Part shown: positions 61,671 through 64,000 of the stretch, piece after piece
Layout of the letters: each line of letters begins with the position of its first letter
Position numbering within the stretch: position 1 is the stretch's first letter
Assembly (NCBI GenBank): GCA_947501605.1
Contig: CANMWZ010000019.1
Coordinates: 25,279-89,278, forward strand
Direction: 5' to 3'
Source: Planctomycetota bacterium
GTDB taxonomy: Bacteria; Planctomycetota; UBA1135; UBA2386
DNA length: 64,000 bases
Position numbers and translations under genes: made by a program
Notes under the pieces: generated by a model
Told to the model about the DNA's origin: nothing
The model's input: the letters and a program-made list of their open reading frames with translations, nothing else
The model's database searches: none

Positions 61671-63335
61671 ATGATTCCAACCATTCTCGCCGCCGCAGTT
61701 GTCGTCTCCGCAATGTGCGTGCACGGCTCGTCGTCGCCCCACGGCGAACCTGGGCAACCGGCGCGGCCATTCGTCCATTCAGTCGCCGACGTCAGCGACC
61801 CCCTCTCGCACGGCGTCGTGGGTGATGGACTGCTGTCCGTCAATGAGGCGATCCAACTGCACAATCGAACCTTGCTGACCTCGCAGCTGTCGCTCGCGGA
61901 GCAGGCCCAGCTCAGCGGTGCCGGGGCGGACATCTCGTGGATCAACATCGACGCATCCTGGACGCCGACGATCACGGTGGAACGCGACTTCGATGTAATC
62001 GTCGATTTGCCGCACGGGTGCTTGATCCAGGCGTTCAACGGCGAAGCCGAGTTTGACTTCCGTGGAGCCGGCGTGTTGCACGGCTTCCGGGCGCAGAGCA
62101 ATTTCTGTAACTGGCGCAACCTGATCCTGACCGGCGGTCGCTACGGGATCGACCTGCAGCAAACCGACGCGTCGTTTGGCGGCACCGTGGTCGACAACGT
62201 GCGATTCGACGGACAAAGCCAATGGGCGTTCGCGGTGAGCGGTCTAACGGCCAACGGCTACGGCCGAGTGCTCTTCGATCGATGCAGGTTTTCGAACACC
62301 CCGACCGCGATTCGATGCGATGAGTCAGGCCCTCTACGAACGACGGTGCTGGTGGCGTTCAACACAGAAATCGCCGGGGTGGCGACGGGGATGGATGTAG
62401 TTCTGGGCAGCGGCGGCGCGGCGTTGCTGCAGTTGGATCGCGTGGTCGTTTCGGCAACGGGAACGGCGATCGACGTGCGGCGCTCGATTGGCGGCGACCG
62501 GCCACTGTCGCTGGCGATCACCCACTTGCGCGCCAACGCGGCCCAGTGCCTGCGGCTGCAAGGCTCACCGACGGGCGCCTCGGTGTTGGACCTACACATG
62601 CTGGACCTCGCGGCTGTGAGTGGTGGGGTCGCACTTGATCTCGGGCCGGTCGGCAGCTCGATCGCTGGCGTAATCGAGGACTCGACGCTGTCAGGCGCCG
62701 TCTCGGTGGCCGCCGGACAAGGAACCGCCCCGCTAGCCATCCACAACGTCCGCCTCACCAGCGGAACCGTGGTGCTAGGAAGCTCCGGTGCCCCCGTGAC
62801 CGTCACGGCCTCGCGATTTGACGGCTGCGCGGTGACGACCTTGGGCACCGCCCCCGTGACCATCAGCGATAGTTGCCTGGTCGGCGGATCCCTACAGGGC
62901 ACAATCGGCGCGGTGCTGCACCTGAACTCGACGTTTCAGGGGGCCGCAGTCGGCCCGAATGTAGCGTCCGTTGCGCCGATGGCAGCTGCGCAGCTAGGGA
63001 GCATGAACTTGACTCCTCAGGTAGCGACAACCGGCGGCCAGGTGACTCTAGGTGCCGATTTGCCAGCCGGGTTCTTTGGCGTGTTCGTGATCGGACCGAC
63101 CCTCGAGTTGCCGATCTACGCGAGCCCAGACCTGCACGTCTACCTCGACCTTGGCTTTGCCATCACCCTTCCTGGCCTGGTCGTGGGCCAACAAGGAACC
63201 GCGGTCCCGATTCCAAACGACCCGGCGTTCTGGGACACGGACTGGGTTGCGCAGCTGGCTGTGCTGGCAGCCATTGGTGTTTCCGGACCAGCGCTGCAGG
63301 TGCCCCCAGGTCGCCGGTTCACCATCCGACAGTAG
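61671..63335 (+). CDS. Secreted protein: CSLREA-like motif, probable parallel beta-helix, C-terminal domain
   Basis: Signal peptide; D...GDGLLSVNEAI; Gly/Ser/Thr/Val-rich beta repeats; C-terminal IPNDPAF....W.AQ. Confidence 0.7.
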   Translation: MIPTILAAAVVVSAMCVHGSSSPHGEPGQPARPFVHSVADVSDPLSHGVVGDGLLSVNEAIQLHNRTLLTSQLSLAEQAQLSGAGADISWINIDASWTPTITVERDFDVIVDLPHGCLIQAFNGEAEFDFRGAGVLHGFRAQSNFCNWRNLILTGGRYGIDLQQTDASFGGTVVDNVRFDGQSQWAFAVSGLTANGYGRVLFDRCRFSNTPTAIRCDESGPLRTTVLVAFNTEIAGVATGMDVVLGSGGAALLQLDRVVVSATGTAIDVRRSIGGDRPLSLAITHLRANAAQCLRLQGSPTGASVLDLHMLDLAAVSGGVALDLGPVGSSIAGVIEDSTLSGAVSVAAGQGTAPLAIHNVRLTSGTVVLGSSGAPVTVTASRFDGCAVTTLGTAPVTISDSCLVGGSLQGTIGAVLHLNSTFQGAAVGPNVASVAPMAAAQLGSMNLTPQVATTGGQVTLGADLPAGFFGVFVIGPTLELPIYASPDLHVYLDLGFAITLPGLVVGQQGTAVPIPNDPAFWDTDWVAQLAVLAAIGVSGPALQVPPGRRFTIRQ

Positions 63336-63866
63336 GCAACAGGCAGTAGAGGGGTTTCACAACTGACCCGCGAGCGAGGCCGAGCAACGAAGGCAAGGGC
63401 AAGGAGCAGCCCCCCCCCAGCGGCGTCCATAGATCCCGCGGAGAGTTCGCGACGCAGCCATCGGCCGACGTGACGGCCGCAGCCGCTAGCGCTTTCGGCA
63501 ACCACATCTAGGTCGTGGCGGGAACAGTTGTGGCGCCACCTCGGTGATTTGGCGCGCCGGAATCACCGCTCAGGTGGCCCAGTTTGGATGCGTTGGGACA
63601 GTGCCAAGTCCTCGGGCCCTCAAGTGGCAACGGCGCGCTGAGGAAGGACGCCCTGCGGCAGCGCGAAGCGCGAGAAGCCTTCCCTCCCAGGCCGCAACTC
63701 CAGGGCGAAAAGAAGACTCACCAGGTAACCCGTAGGGGAAGGGGCGGCACGGTGGCCTGCCCTTTCTGAAAGTCCCTCGCAAGAAGCTCCGCGGAGGAAA
63801 CCTACGTTGGAGGCTCCGCCGTGGAAAGCCAGTGCCCGAAAGCTGTTGCCCAAAAACCAGTGGGCA

Positions 63867-63909
63867 GAAAAGAACAAAGGCCGCTTCCCTCGACGAGAGA
63901 AGCGGCCTT
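63867..63909 (-). terminator. Intrinsic terminator of rRNA operon
   Basis: AAGGCCGCUUCUCUC-GUC-GAGGGAAGCGGCCUU hairpin then UGUUCUUUUC, directly after 5S. Confidence 0.85.
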
Positions 63910-63920
63910 CGTAAGTAATG

Positions 63921-64000
63921 ACCCGGCGCTAACCTACTTTCGCGCGTAGCACTATCATTGGCCCAAGCTGCTTGACTGCCGTGTTCGGAAAGGGAACGGG
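63921..64000 (-). rRNA. rrf: 5S rRNA (3' part; 5' end outside window)
   Basis: Reverse strand CCCGUUCCCUUUCCGAACACGG.AGUCAAG...GAUAGU...GAAAGUAGGU..CGCCGG; short helix IV as in planctomycete 5S. Confidence 0.95.

Overview
High-GC bacterial chromosomal window, very likely Planctomycetota (PSD1/DUF1553 cytochrome + DUF1501 pair, ECF sigma factor with a large C-terminal extension, short planctomycete-type 5S rRNA). It holds about 40 real genes. They include a gmd-fcl/colC-colD nucleotide-sugar cluster cut by the left edge, two PAS hybrid histidine kinases, a small sugar-acid catabolic operon, and many secreted esterases and glycosidases (GH95, SGNH, SASA, DUF1080, alpha/beta hydrolases). Also present are engB, ygiQ, pepN, a TenA-ThiD fusion, an ELWxxDGT protein, and the 3' end of an rRNA operon (5S + terminator) at the right edge. 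No mobile element, tRNA or CRISPR array was seen. Main highlights: (1) a membrane-anchored thioredoxin split in the ORF track by an in-frame TGA exactly at the first Cys of CxxC (U-P-A-C), followed by a SECIS-like hairpin, i.e. a probable selenoprotein; (2) a shared ~100-aa C-terminal domain on unrelated secreted proteins, a candidate sorting/secretion signal; (3) a recurrent -10 box 6-9 nt before start codons, suggesting leaderless transcription, including one bidirectional promoter; (4) a solute-binding-protein/metzincin fusion; (5) several decayed gene relics. Family assignments come from motif recognition by eye, not database searches.
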